From Isurus oxyrinchus (lineage: Eukaryota), in the NCBI GenBank assembly GCA_026770705.1, contig JANJGN010000007.1, positions 13,640,001 through 13,704,000 of the forward strand: DNA of 64,000 nucleotides, given 5' to 3'. Of the stretch, positions 51,840 through 64,000 are shown in pieces. Positions within the stretch are counted from its first letter, which is position 1; each line of letters begins with the position of its first letter. Below the pieces are notes generated by a model. The model did not search any database, was not told the origin of the DNA, and saw only the letters and a program-made list of their open reading frames with translations. The translations under genes and the position numbers were made by a program.

Positions 51840-53275
51840 GCATCACATCGACTATGATCCTGGTCAGTCACATCTGTAATATGTTTCTGCTTCGTGAGAA
51901 ACTTCAACTCAAGAGTTTTTGAGATAGGATCGGAGGTGCTGACATTGTGGGGCTTCAGGGACAGGGAGAGTTACCTGGATCCTTTGATCCAGGTGGCAGT
52001 CTCACCCCTTAGTTAGGAGGTGGTGCAAGTTTGGTTAGTGGACTGGAGGGTGTGACTGTGAGTCAGGCAGTTAAGTGGAACACAAGGACAGTGCTGAAGG
52101 AGCCTCAGCCTTTCAGGAGTGGGTAAATTGAGAAGTAAGAGGTGTAATGTTAAGGCTGTAGAGCAGGGTAGCAATTTGGGTCAAATCAAGCAAAGGGGAT
52201 GAAGAAGGGACAAGGGACAGAGAGGTTAATTTAGGTAATAGGACATCAGTGACCATGATAACATCAGGGAAAGATAGAGGAAAGTTAAAGCACTATACTT
52301 GAATGAACAAAGCATTCACAACAATAGAGATGAATTAATAGCAGAGATATAAATTAATGTGCTTTATCTAATAGTCATCCTGGAAATGTGCTTGCAGATT
52401 GACCATGGTTGGGAACTAAATACTCCAGGATATTTGATATTTAAAAGAGATAGACAAAGTGGAAAAAGAGAGAAGGGTGTAGCCTGGATAGTAAAGGATG
52501 GGATAAAGGCAGAAGAAAGGATCTTTGCTTGGAAAATCAAGATGTAGAATCAATTTGGGTTGAGCTAAGAAACAACAAGGGGAAGAGGACAATGGAGGGA
52601 GTAGCTTACTCAACAGTAGTTGTAGTGTTGGGCCAAGTATGAATCACAAAAATATAATCATAGAATGGTTCCAGCACAGAAGGAGGCCATTATGCCTGCC
52701 ATGTCTGTGCCACCTCTCTGCAAGAGTAATTCACCGAGTGCCTCCCCTTTGCCTTTTCCCCAGAGCCCTTTCCCTCTTCAGATAATGATCCAAGTTAGAG
52801 AGGCATGTAACAAAGGCAACACAGCAATCATCATATAGACTGGACAAGCTAACCTTGCAGTAATAGTGTGGAGGTTGAGATTCTGGAATGTACACAAGGC
52901 AGTTTTCTAGATCAACATCTTAAAGAACTAAATAGGGGATAGGTTATTTTAGGTCTAGTATTGTGCAATGAGAACAGGTTAAGTGATAACCTCATAGTAA
53001 AGGAATCACGAGGGGACAGTGATCATAATATGGTAGAATTTTATGTTAAGTTTCATAGCAATTTAGTTAAGTCAGAAATTAGGTTCTTAAATCTGAACAA
53101 AGCAAACTATGCAGATATGAGGGCTGAGTTAGCTCAGGTAGATCTGAAAACTACATTAAAAAGATATGGCAGATTAGCAATGCCAAAAATTTAAAGAATT
53201 AATTCATAATCTGCAACAAATACACATTCCCTTATTTAATAAAAGCTCTTTGGGAAAAGTGGTTAACAAGAGAAG
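51840..53275 (+). mobile_element. CR1 LINE 5' region (ORF1 remnant and AP-endonuclease), degenerate
   Basis: HIC...LQLRV.E....L......ESYLD (ORF1), ALYLN..SI.N..DEL, WELN.PGY.IF.RDR, GDSDHNMVEF. A small minus-strand CR1 tail is nested at about 52655-52790. Confidence 0.8.
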
Positions 53276-53559
53276 TTGGACCAGAGTCACATACAAGCCA
53301 CACTGGGTAATGCCGGCAGGTTTCCTTCTTTAAATGACATGAGTGAACCAACTGGAGTTTTACAAAAGCTTCAACATTCACCTTTAGTTAAATTACTTAG
53401 AGTGGGAACTTATGTGCTACCAGTTGGTGAGTCCTGTAAGATAACCACTATACTACCATGCCCTTTTAATATGCTGTCACAAACAATCATTCCTAATTTC
53501 AGTGAGTTATGTCCCTCAGGCTGAAAGTTACAATTTACAGGCTCCTTCCACACTCCCCA

Positions 53560-53965
53560 CAAAACAAAATCTTAGTTGAGGATTCCTAGTTCTGGGGCAT
53601 GGGAACAATTTTAGAACGGCAGACTCAATCTAGGCAGTACCGACGGGGTTCTGCATTGTCAGAGGCGCCATCCTTTGGGATGAGATGATAAGGTGAGGCC
53701 TGGTCTGCCTTCCTGGGTGTCACAAGATCCCTTGGCTGTAAACGGAGAAGGGCCAGGATTTCTCCCAGAGTCCAGGATGACACCCGTCCCTCAACCAACA
53801 CCACTGGTAAGTCTCTGGTAACTCATACAGTAATTTGCTGAATCTTTCCTGGCAATGGCTGCGCACAGCAATGATCGTCACACTTCAAAGTGACTAATTG
53901 TATATGAAGCATTTTCCCATGTTTCTGAGAGATGCGATGTCAGTACATATCTGGAAGTCTTTCTT
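53560..53965 (+). mobile_element. Old degenerate tRNA-derived SINE
   Basis: Diverged match to the SINE core and tail. Confidence 0.55.
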
Positions 53966-54974
53966 GCAGGTTTGAAAGTCAACTCCCCTCTTATCTCTTT
54001 GGGGGAGGCTGAGATTATTTTTTCAAATGCTGATATCTTTCCACTGCCAATTCTCTCTTAAGAATAGATATGTCTTATCAAAGAAGCCAGTAGTATCACA
54101 TTTGTGATAAAGTACTGTCATATAGAGAGTAACAGATGGTTGAATGGGGGAGCTAAACCATTCAACACCCTCCTACACACTCTTTATGAAAATGTATGGG
54201 CTTTAACAGTTTGTACTTTAACAGCAGTGTCTCTTCAAACATTCTTGTCAGATACTTCCCCTGACTGTGCTGCAATGGGGCAAGATTAGGCAACAGACTT
54301 TGTGCCAGAAGTCAACTACATACCAAGGCATTGCACTGGGGTAAAAGGGTAAATCAGAACGTTCACTGGTGTAGTGAAACTGGGCCCAATGGAACGCAGC
54401 ACCGAGCAGAAGTTGGGCAGTGGGTGGTGGTGGGGTGGGCAGCGGGTGATGGTGGAAGCAGTTGGGTAAGATGCTTAACAGGATCAAGCTGAGCCCAGCA
54501 CAGGGATCACGGTCAGAGTTCACTCTGCTATGTCCATTGATGCAAACTCACCGAGTCACTGTCGTTGTGGCAACTGAACCTTGTAGCGATAGGAGTAGGC
54601 AAGAAGGAGAAGGCAACAGAAGAGCCAGCCAGAGGTGATTGGCACAACCCCATAAGCAAGAGGCCACAATTCACATCACGCAGCAGGTAATGGGCTACGG
54701 TTTAAGATACAACAGTCTAGGCTGACCCTAGAGGAGAGTGCGTTATACTGAAAGAGCAAGCACTCCTTCGATGACGATTGATCAAAGACACAATCCACCA
54801 TGGAACCATTACAGACCAGGAGAGGCCCGGTTTTGATCACCAGTTCATGCTGGGATGCTGGTAAGAGGGTTACAATAGGCCTCAGTGCCTCTAAGCTATG
54901 GGAGGGGTTAAAAAAAAACCCAATATGGATCTTGCAACTGGTCATTAATCTAAAATCACTAAGGAGGAAGTGTG

Positions 54975-55246
54975 TTAAAATTAGGGGCTGCACTTTTAGG
55001 ACAGAGGTGAGGGGAAATTTTTTTCTCTCCGAGCGTTGTGTAACTTTGGAACTCTCTGCCTCAGAAGGTGGTGGAGGCGGGGTCCCTGAATATTTTTAAG
55101 GCAGAGGTAGATTGATTCTTGTTAGGTAAGGAAATCAAAGGTTATCGGGGGTAGATGGGAATGTGGAATTTGAAACACAAATAGATCAGCCATGATCTTA
55201 TTGAATGGCGGAGCAGGCTCAAGGAGCCAAATAGTTCCTAGTTCAT
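54975..55246 (+). mobile_element. CR1 LINE 3' end
   Basis: KIRG..FRTEVRGNFF, WNSLP and gatcagccatgatcttattgaatggcggagcaggctc. Confidence 0.85.
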
Positions 55247-55247
55247 A

Positions 55248-55494
55248 AAAACAAAAAAAACTGCGGATGCTGGAAATCCAAAACAAAAACAGAATTACCT
55301 GGAAAAACTCAGCGGGTCTGGCAGCATCGGCGGAGAAGAAAAGAATTGACGTTTTTGTGCTCAAGCCCTGGAGTGGGACTTGAACCCAGAACGTTCTGAT
55401 TCAAAAGTAAGGACTCGAAACGTCAACTCTTTTCTTCTCCGCCGATGCTGCCAGACCTGCTGAGTTTTTCCAGGTAATTCTGGTTTTTGTTTTG
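55248..55494. mobile_element. Second palindromic Penelope-like remnant, with a SINE-derived spacer
   Basis: Arms nearly identical to 25478-25700. Imperfect 14-bp duplication GTTCCTAGTTCATA / GCTCCTATTTCATA. Confidence 0.8.
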
Positions 55495-55959
55495 GCTCCT
55501 ATTTCATATGTTTGTAAAAGCTGCAAGCATCGCTATCAAGCGAGGACAGGGTGGATTAGACTGTGATGAACACTGCAGTCAAATAGTATGCAAAAACTCA
55601 CTTTTCAGGCTTCAAAGTCGGCAATTTGAGGAGAGGAGGGGAAGGTGCGGGGAAATAACATGAGTTGAAATTGTACCGTGCTATATTAGTAGTAAATGCA
55701 TAAAACTATCTGTCACCATCTTATTAACAGAAGTTTTAACAGCAGACTGGAAACTCCATGCAATCCATGTTGCACTGTTGATATCTCTTGTGTTGATATT
55801 TTAGGCCATAAGTTGTGGCCCTCTCTTAGAATCGAGGCTACCATGTCGTGGCACCCATCCTTGCCACCTTTGAACAATTATGGATGTCACAGTGCGGCCA
55901 GCCCGATATGGTAGTTAAGGAATGTCCCTCAAGATGGTACAAGATGGGTCTTATAAATG

Positions 55960-56403
55960 CAACATAGTATGCTTGCTTTTGAATCACAAGGTTCTGGGTT
56001 CAAGTCCCACTCCAGGGCTTGAGCACAAAAACAGAAATCAAGGTTGACACTCCAGTACAGTACTGAGGGAGGTCTACATTGTTGGGATGTGCCATCTTTC
56101 AGACGAGACATCTGCCTGTGTGGGTGGACGTGAGATATCCCATGGCACTATTTTGAAGAGGAGTAGTGGAGTTATCCCTAGTGTCCCAGCCAATATTTAT
56201 TCCTCAAATCAACATCACTTCAAACAGATTATCTGGTCGTTGCTGCATTGCTGTTTGTGGGAGCTTGCTGTGCGGAAATTGGCTGCCATATTTCTTGCAT
56301 TACAACAGTGACTACAATTCAAAAAAAGTGCTTAATTAGCTGTAAAGCACTTTGAGACATCCAGTGGTCTTGTAAAGCACAGTATAAATGCAAGTCTTTC
56401 TTT
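55960..56403 (+). mobile_element. tRNA-derived SINE with L2-like tail (best-preserved copy)
   Basis: gggttcaagtcccactcc head, conserved core, tail tataaatgcaagtctttcttt. Confidence 0.88.
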
Positions 56404-56719
56404 GAGTCAGTGCCGATCCTAAAGAGAAGGAAGCATAGCTCTTCCTTTGCTGTAGACCTCTTGCTTCATGGCCTTACTGATGTAAACAATACATCCCCTT
56501 CCCACAGCTGGACCAGAGAGATCTGATTTATTGCGCAGTTGCTGTCGCCAGTTTGCACGATTGCATCACAGGCCTACATGACGACGTACAGCTTGTGCCC
56601 TGTGTTCTATTTACAAACCAAGGTTTGGTGAACAGGAACAAATCTTCCCTTTGGTTGCTCTGGGTCACAGGTTTCTAAGTCTTTGGTGCATTTTCTGAAA
56701 TGATGGGAGATTCGGATGC

Positions 56720-57080
56720 CATTTCGTACTGTTCCCCATGGGGGTGGGGGGGACGTTGAAGCAAGGATGGGAATTTTAAAGTTAAGATGTTGAGCGGGAG
56801 CCAATGTAAGTCAGTGGGCACAGGGGGAATAGGGTGAATGGGATTTGGTGGGAAATAGAATACGGGGAACAGAATTTTGGATTACCTCAAGTTTACAGAG
56901 GGTTGAATGTGGGAGGCCAGCCCATAGTGTGTTGGAATGGTCAAGTCTAGAGGTCACAAAGGCATGAATGAGTGTTTCAGCAGCACATTAGCCGAGACGG
57001 GGTGAGGTTGGGCGATGTTACGGAAGTGGAGATAGGAGGGCTTAGCGATGGCACGAATATGTGGCTGGAAGGTCATCTCG
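56720..57080 (-). mobile_element. L2-like LINE fragment
   Basis: Reverse complement resembles 48720-48980. Confidence 0.75.
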
Positions 57081-58284
57081 GGGCCCTTTTTGATAGTCTC
57101 TCCATGGCTCATGGAGCGCCACCCCACCCCACGCTGTGCCTACAGTGCCACAGCTTGAAGATGAAACTGCTCCCCAGCCCCTGCACCCCTACCACCAATC
57201 GTCGGGGTCTGCCTGCAATGCAGGTGGCAATTTAGTTGCCTGGTCCCTTCCCCTGCCATATTGCCTCCCAGCCCAGTGGTGGAGGGCTTGAAAATTCAGC
57301 CCAGTGTGTTCGCTTAAGATGCCATCTTAGCCACCTTGGAGGTTCTTTAGCACCAAAAGCATTCAGAAAGAAATCACCCCATAAGTGCCTGGCAGTTTGC
57401 AACAAAGAATGGACAGCGTAGAAAATGGCAAATCAGCTCAAATGGTCAATGTTAGGTTCATACTCTGCTTGCCCTCCTCTGACTCTTAACTACCTCCTCC
57501 CGTCACGTTTCTTTCTTTAGATCATCTGTTCTAATATTTCCTTATGTGTCTCACTGTCAAATTTTACAACACCCCTGTGAATCACCTTGGGATGCTAGCG
57601 TGTAAAAAGTGCTACATAAACGCAAGTTATTGTCTAACGTTCAATGCAAGATTATAGCATATTTCTAACCTTCTGTGGCATTCTGTATCAACTGATATTG
57701 GCCGTACTCCCTTCCTATCTTCCACAGCCAGTACTGCAAGAGGCCAGTGCTTACTTCTTTGGCTATAAGTAGCGTTACCCTGTCTATATATAAAGGTCTT
57801 ATAATTAATGCATTCATCACACTTCAAACACCACAACTTCAACGCTAGCAAATCCCAATTGGATTTTTGTTTAAATGCACAAAGATGAAGAAAGCCAGCC
57901 ATGTCCTGTCAGCTTATCTGACATTCAGATAACCTGACTCTCCCTCAAAGTGGCTGGCAATCTAGAGAAACTTTCCAGCAGCAAGAAGCCTCCGACATGA
58001 CCTCAGGATGTGCCTGTGGGTTCGTTGAGCAGTAGTTCCAAAAAGGGAGAGCCAGGTTAAAAAACGCAACTGCTCCTCAGTAGCCATGTCAAAGATTTCT
58101 GCTCCAGACCCCAGGCTGCCCATGAGCCACACCTAGGGACATCAGTCGGTGTCTATCAATAATTAGCGTGGAGTAATTACGAACAAAATAATCACTGTTC
58201 TCAAACTGGTCTAATCTCAGGCCTGGTCCCAAAACAGCTGAAATAAAAAGAATGTCTTAACACATTACATAGAAGCACTTTCAC

Positions 58285-59390
58285 GGAATGATATAGCACA
58301 GAAGGAGGCCCATTCAGCCCATCATTCCTGTGTTTGTTCTTAGATAGGACTTAGGAGCAGGAGTAGGCCATTCAGCTATTCGAGCCTGCTCCGCCATTCA
58401 ATAAGATCATGGCTGACCTGGTTGTGGTCTCAAATGCACTTACCTGTCTGCCCCCCCAAAGCCCTTGACACCTTTGTCTATCAAAAATCTGTCTAACTCA
58501 GCCTACATACGAACATACGAATTAGGAGCCATTACTAGGTCATTCAGCCCCTTGGGCCTGCTCCACCATTCAATAAGATCATGGCTGATCTGATTGTGGC
58601 CTCAAATCCACATTCCTGCCTACCCCTGATAACCTTTCACCCCCTTGTTAGTCAAGAATCAACATAACCCATATTTAATGACCCAGCTTCCACCGCTCTC
58701 TGGAAGAGAGAGTTACAAAGACTCACAGTGCTCAGAGAAAAAAATTCTTCCCATCTCTGTCTTAAATGGGAGATGCAAATTTTTAAGCTGCGTTTCTTAG
58801 TTCTAGTCTCTCCACCCTGTCAAGACCCCCAGGATCTTATGTTTCAATACGATCACCTCTCAACCTTCTAAACTCCAATGGATACAGACACAGCCTGTCC
58901 AGCCTTCCCTCACAAGATAACCCCTTTCATCCCAGGTATCAGTTGAGTGAACCTTCTCTGAATTGTTTTTAATGCTATTATAACTTTTTTTAAATAAGGA
59001 GATCAAAACTGTATACAGTACTCCAGATGGTCTCACCAACGTCCTGTAGAGCTGTGGTAAAACATCCTTACTTTTATATTCCATACCCCTTGCAATAAAG
59101 GACAACATTACATTTGCCTTCCTAATCACTTGCTATACTTGCATTCTAACTTCTTGTGATTCATGTACCATGACACCCAGATCCCTCTGCACCTCAAGAG
59201 TTCGGCAATCTCTTTCCATTTAAATAATAATGCTGCTTTTCTATTCCTCCTGCCAAAGTGGACAAGTTCACATTTTCCCATAATGTACTCCATTTGGTAG
59301 AGCTATCCATTCGATTTCAATTCCTGGATTTTTTCCCATGGCCCTGTAATTTATTTTTCTCCAGGTATCATCCAATTCCCTTTTGAAACT
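58285..59390 (-). mobile_element. Nested CR1 3' fragments
   Basis: IRKANVMLSFIARGMEYKSKDVL.QLYRTLVRP. Two stacked 3' tails (58345-58503 and 58504-58700) lie inside an older CR1 tail. Confidence 0.85.
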
Positions 59391-59393
59391 TAG

Positions 59394-60640
59394 GCCTGGC
59401 TTTTTGCAATGATGGAGAGCCTCTCCATCCATCATTGCGAAAATGGCGAAGTCCTGCCCCCCAACTACCATTTTCACAGGCATGGGTCACGTTTCGCACA
59501 TGCATGTTTCACGGAGGCAGCTGCTTCCACTCATGTATAATTTTGTGATCCAGGCGTGTGAAGCACAGGTTAGGCCTGGCAGGAGCAGGTTTGAACTTTG
59601 TGCAGGCCTTTGGAGAGACGGGATACCCTTTCTGGAAGATTAGGGTACCCCTTTGGAGTGGTCCTTGGACACCTTTGGGTGAAGCCAGGTGCCCTTTGGG
59701 GTCGGTCAGCTGCCTCTTGGGGGAGATCAGATGCCCTCTGGGATTGTTAAAAGTAGCCATGAATGTGTGCCAAAAGTGCATAGACGCATTAACTGTCAAG
59801 CTCATTGGGAATGTCAAGAGTGTCCAAATAAACTTTCAAAGGCAACTATCAAAGTAAGGCATGTAAAACTCCTGCCCTTTAAATCTTTGAAAACTATGCC
59901 TGCAATATTTTTTAAAAAATCACTGCTTGCTATTTCATTCTGTGTAAACTTTGGGGTTTTCATTACTGGATTAGTGCTGCTTGGCTGATGTTACAATCTT
60001 TCATTATCACAGTGGGGTGCCTACCATTTTACAGTGTGATCGACAGCTTCAAGTGGTTATGGTCTCTTTGAAATGGGATCATGAATTCTAATGCTTTTTT
60101 TAAATAAGGGATTATGAACTTGAATGAAATGCTTGTTTTTGTGCGGGATTATGTCTTTGAAGGAATGTAAAAGAGGTAAATGCATTTTTATGAATTTGAG
60201 TGTTTTTTGCAAGTAAAGTCTGCAATGAACACTTAGAGCTTTATTTCACCTCAGAATGGCTTCTGAGGTCTGTCCATTGTGGATTTTGGGTGAGTGGCAT
60301 GGTAGATGTAAGGGCAAAGGGTGGCACGTGGGGAGAATGGGTTGGCATGAGTTGGCACTAAGTTGGCAAAGGGGCTATAAAGGGCCATTGGTGTGGGCAG
60401 CCAGGCACGGGTTAGTGTTAAGGGTATGAGGGGCCATGGGGTGGGTAGAAGGGCATAGGTTGGCATGGCGAGTATAAGAAACCACAGGGAGTGGGTGGGA
60501 GGCATGAAGTGACTTAGAGGGTATAAGGTGCCATGGGAGTGGGTGGGGTGCATGGGTTGGCATGGATGGGGCAGGGGCAATATATGGGGGTGAGAAGTGT
60601 GAGTGTTGTTTTTATGTTTTATTTTTTTTTTAAAGCTCAG
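59394..60640. mobile_element. Non-autonomous Harbinger-like element (right end unclear)
   Basis: Starts GGCCTGGCTTTT. The G-rich 60290-60600 block resembles the arms of 8013-9379. Confidence 0.45.
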
Positions 60641-60934
60641 CACAAATTGTGGGTTAAAGCCCTATCTGAGGAACAGAATCTTGCACAATGTTTCACTCCC
60701 TAAAAACTGCACCGGGTGTTGGATTAGATTATGTGCTGGAGCCAAAACCTGCAAACTCAGCAACAAAAATGATAGAAACAGAGATCATACACTTAACAGA
60801 GGTCATACATAAAATTGGCCATACTTCTCTTCTAAACCTCGTGATTAATAAGCAAAGTCTGTAATACTTTCATTAACAATCAACCTACAGGCTTTCTCAA
60901 GATCTTTTCAATTGTCTGAAGTCAAGGCAGGCGC

Positions 60935-61265
60935 CTGCTATCTACCTAGCTCATCAAGGCTCCTTCGACAGCACCTTTCAAACCTACGACCTCCACAACC
61001 TAGAAGGCTAAGGGCAGCAGACGCATGGGAATTCCAAGATCCCCTCCAAGTCACACACCATCCTGACTTGGAAATGTATCGCCATTCCTTCACTGTCACT
61101 GGATCAAAACCCTGGAACTCCCTCCCTGACAGCACTGTAGGCGTGTCTACACCTCATGGACTGCAGCGGTTCAAGGGGGCAGCTCACCACCACCTTCTCA
61201 AGGGCAGTTAGGAACGGGCAATAAATACCAGCATTGCCAGTGATGCCCATAGTCCAAGAATGAAT
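60935..61265 (+). mobile_element. CR1-group LINE 3' end
   Basis: HSFTVTGSKPWNSLPDSTVGVSTPHGLQRFKGAAHHHLLKG. Confidence 0.85.
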
Positions 61266-63171
61266 AATATAAAGAAAATTAGCAGCTTTGTTTGAAAATC
61301 TAAAGAATCCTTTGGGTAAATACAGATAGAGATGGACTTGATAAACAGGCACATTAAACAATCGGGAACAAACATCAGCTGCAGCCATTGCAACCTTCAG
61401 AGGCCTATAAAAGTCTCAGGGCTTAGTAGCACGCAGCCTCAAGGGGGTTAAGATAACATCGCCACTTATCACTCAGTGAAGTACCGATTATGTCCTTGCC
61501 TTGTGTTCTCATCCTTTCACAAACCTGGGCTGTGTTAGGAGTGAATGAATGGAAGAGGAATGGAGCAGGAGCCAAGTCATTTACAACCCATTTAACAAAG
61601 AACACTGCCTTCCCACCAATGCTGCGTCCCTGGCAGCAGCCCCAAGCTCCCTCTGTATCAACACTTGTGACAAGGCAGCGCAAGTGCGGGAGCCGAGCAT
61701 TTCTGTAATATTTCAGCCGGAATTCCCACGCTGGCTGCCAGGTCAACATGGGAGAACTCCCAGCCAGTGGCAAGGGCCAGCTGCATGCTCACAGCATTAC
61801 AGACAGAGGATCTGTGTGATCCAGATCCCCTATATATATATATTTTAAAAATCCACTCTCGCTCAGGCGATGAAAAGCCCCAGTGTTGTTTCGGGGCAAC
61901 AGGTTAATTTGAACAACAGGTTAAGCAAGCCATTTCACGGCTGCTGCTATGCGTTGGCTATGCGAGTGGTATTTTCCATTCAGCTGCCATCAGTTCAAAA
62001 AGGTGCTCTGCCCTACCACAGGATTAAGCAACGTCGTGTATGAATTTCAGCACTATTGTGATGCCAGGTACCTGGACTGTGTGTCCCAATGATTGGCTGA
62101 TTGAATCAAACAATATATTCCTTTGTTTGTTTGTAATAAGCACAGTACAGGCCATACTCAACTAGCCCTGGCTTGCAAAACCCAATACATAATATCTACT
62201 GTTAGATGTGATTCTGTGTTTGGGCGGGTGGCAGCTGGAGTTGCCAACTCTGGTTGAATGTGTTCCTGCAAGTTTAGTCATGTGACCACCTGGCGCCAAC
62301 TATCCCACCCCCACCATTGGTTCTCTGACATGGTCAGCCCTGTAGAGTACCACCTCACCACACCAATGGGAGAGCAAATGGATGCTTTGGAGAGGAGGGG
62401 AGATACTTTAACTTGGGAGGGAGGTAGGTAATTAGCCATAGTCCACGAGGGAGGACCACGAAGGCCTCTCCCTCTATTAGTGAGAGACAATTGGCTATAT
62501 AGCTTGAGGGGCACCGCTCCACCTCAAGCAAGGGGCAGATTCCCAAGTCTACCTCAGCAGGAATGGGAACTGAACCTGCCCTGTTGGTATTATTCTGAAC
62601 CACATACTAGCCATCCAGCTAACTGATCTAACTGGCCACTTTGGGAGGGGTTGGGTAGTTAAAAGCTTCAAAAATCTGAAAGCTATCCACCGCACCCCTC
62701 ACCCAACTCACATCGAGCATGCCCACTTCCATTTTCAACGAGAGGGAGAGTGACTAAACTATTCACGAGAGGTAGGTCGGCCATTTAAATATGTTAAAGA
62801 GATTGTGTGCCTCAAACTTTAAGGGCTCAGGGAAAACACAACGGCTGAAGGGAGGTGGGAAGGGGGCGAATCCAGCAGGTAAGCATCTTTCCACCACTGC
62901 TTATGGGCTGGGAGGAGGAGGAGGGGCTGCTTCAGCCCGACACTGTGAGCTCCCCTTCCCCACAGTTGACCATCCCTTGGGTCCTCCTTCCCCTGCCTCT
63001 CAGCTCTCGAGCTGTAGCTATCGTCACAGGCTTCCCTGCCCAATAGCCTCTCAACCTTTCCTATGGCAACAGTTGCGTTGAATTTTGGCAATGCCCAGAT
63101 TTTACCCCCCCACCGAATGCACCCTGCAGAACAAATTGCAGCAGCACAAAAGTATAACACCGGCGGAACAA

Positions 63172-63470
63172 AAGAAAAGGCAATGCTTTTATATGGTGCC
63201 TTTCAAAGCATTTTCTGTCCAACGAGGTACTTCTGGAAGTGCAGTCACTGTTGTAACGTAGGAAGGACATCAGCCAAATTGTACACATCCCACAAAGAGC
63301 AACATGAAAATGGCCAGATGATCTGTTTTTAAAAGAATGCTGATTGAGGGATAAATATGGGGCATGAACACCAGGGAGAACCTCCCTGCCTTTCTTTGAA
63401 ATTGTGCCAAAGGATCTGATATGCTCACCTGAGAGAGGATACGGGGCCTCGGTTTAACATCTTGAGAGAG
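63172..63470 (-). mobile_element. tRNA-derived SINE 3' half
   Basis: Matches 18005-18320. Confidence 0.75.
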
Positions 63471-63494
63471 AGGCAAGCAACAGGTAATGGGACT

Positions 63495-63990
63495 GTGGAG
63501 GGGGGCGGGGTTGACTCTCTGTAATGGGCAAGGGGCTGATTCTCTAATGGGGTGGGGCTGATTCTCAAATGTGGGAGGGGCTGATTCTCTAATGTGGGAG
63601 GGGCTGATCCTCGAATGTGGGAGGGGCTGATCCTCAAATGTGGGAAGGGCTGATCCTCAAATGTGGGAGGGGGCCGATCCTCGAATGTGGGAGGGGGCTG
63701 ATCCTCTATTGGGGAGGGGCTAATTCTCTATTGCGGGAGAGGCTGATCTTCAAATGTGGGAGGGGCTAATCCTCAAATGTGGGAGGGGCTGATCTTCTAT
63801 TGGGGAGGGGCTGATTCTCTATTGGGGAGGGGCTGATTCTCTGTTCGGGAGAGGGGCTGATTATTGGGGGGGGGGGCTGATTTTCTAATGGGGAGGGGCT
63901 GATTTTCTATTAGAGAGAGGGGTTGATTCTGTATTCAGGGAAGGAGCTGATTCTATAACGGGGGAAGGGATGATTCCCTATCAGAAATTT
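63495..63990 (+). repeat. G-rich 21-23 bp minisatellite (TGTGGGAGGGGCTGATCCTCAAA)
   Basis: About 20 tandem units; period 23 at 63603/63626/63649. Confidence 0.93.
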
Positions 63991-64000
63991 GGGGGAGGGG

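Noticed and set aside
51833-51930. Minus-strand exon suggested by a CAG|gtaagt donor
   Set aside because: The sequence is explained as a plus-strand CR1 ORF1 remnant joined to a Penelope fragment.
55985-56015. tRNA gene (GGGTTCAAGTCCC B-box)
   Set aside because: No cloverleaf; it continues into a SINE body, as do the similar motifs near 18380 and 21885.

Overview
Repeat-rich vertebrate genomic DNA. The CR1/L2 LINE, tRNA-SINE, Penelope and Harbinger content looks like a cartilaginous fish; this is an inference from repeat types only. One complete spliced gene can be read on the + strand: a C3orf18 homologue, a small single-pass membrane protein of 160 aa in four coding exons (3130-3378, 5083-5108, 19402-19528, 20800-20880). 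Facing it tail-to-tail on the - strand is the apparent last exon of a second gene: a short acidic C-terminus at 48650-48703, with a let-7 8mer site 18 nt after the stop and further let-7 sites along a possibly ~19 kb 3' UTR. This layout resembles an HMGA-family gene and mirrors the human HMGA1-SMIM29 pair, but no AT-hook exons were found in the window, so the identity is unproven. The rest is decayed LINEs and SINEs, a deleted two-gene Harbinger transposon, MITEs, solo LTRs, palindromic Penelope remnants with hammerhead-like cores, and minisatellites. Repeat boundaries were estimated by eye and are approximate.
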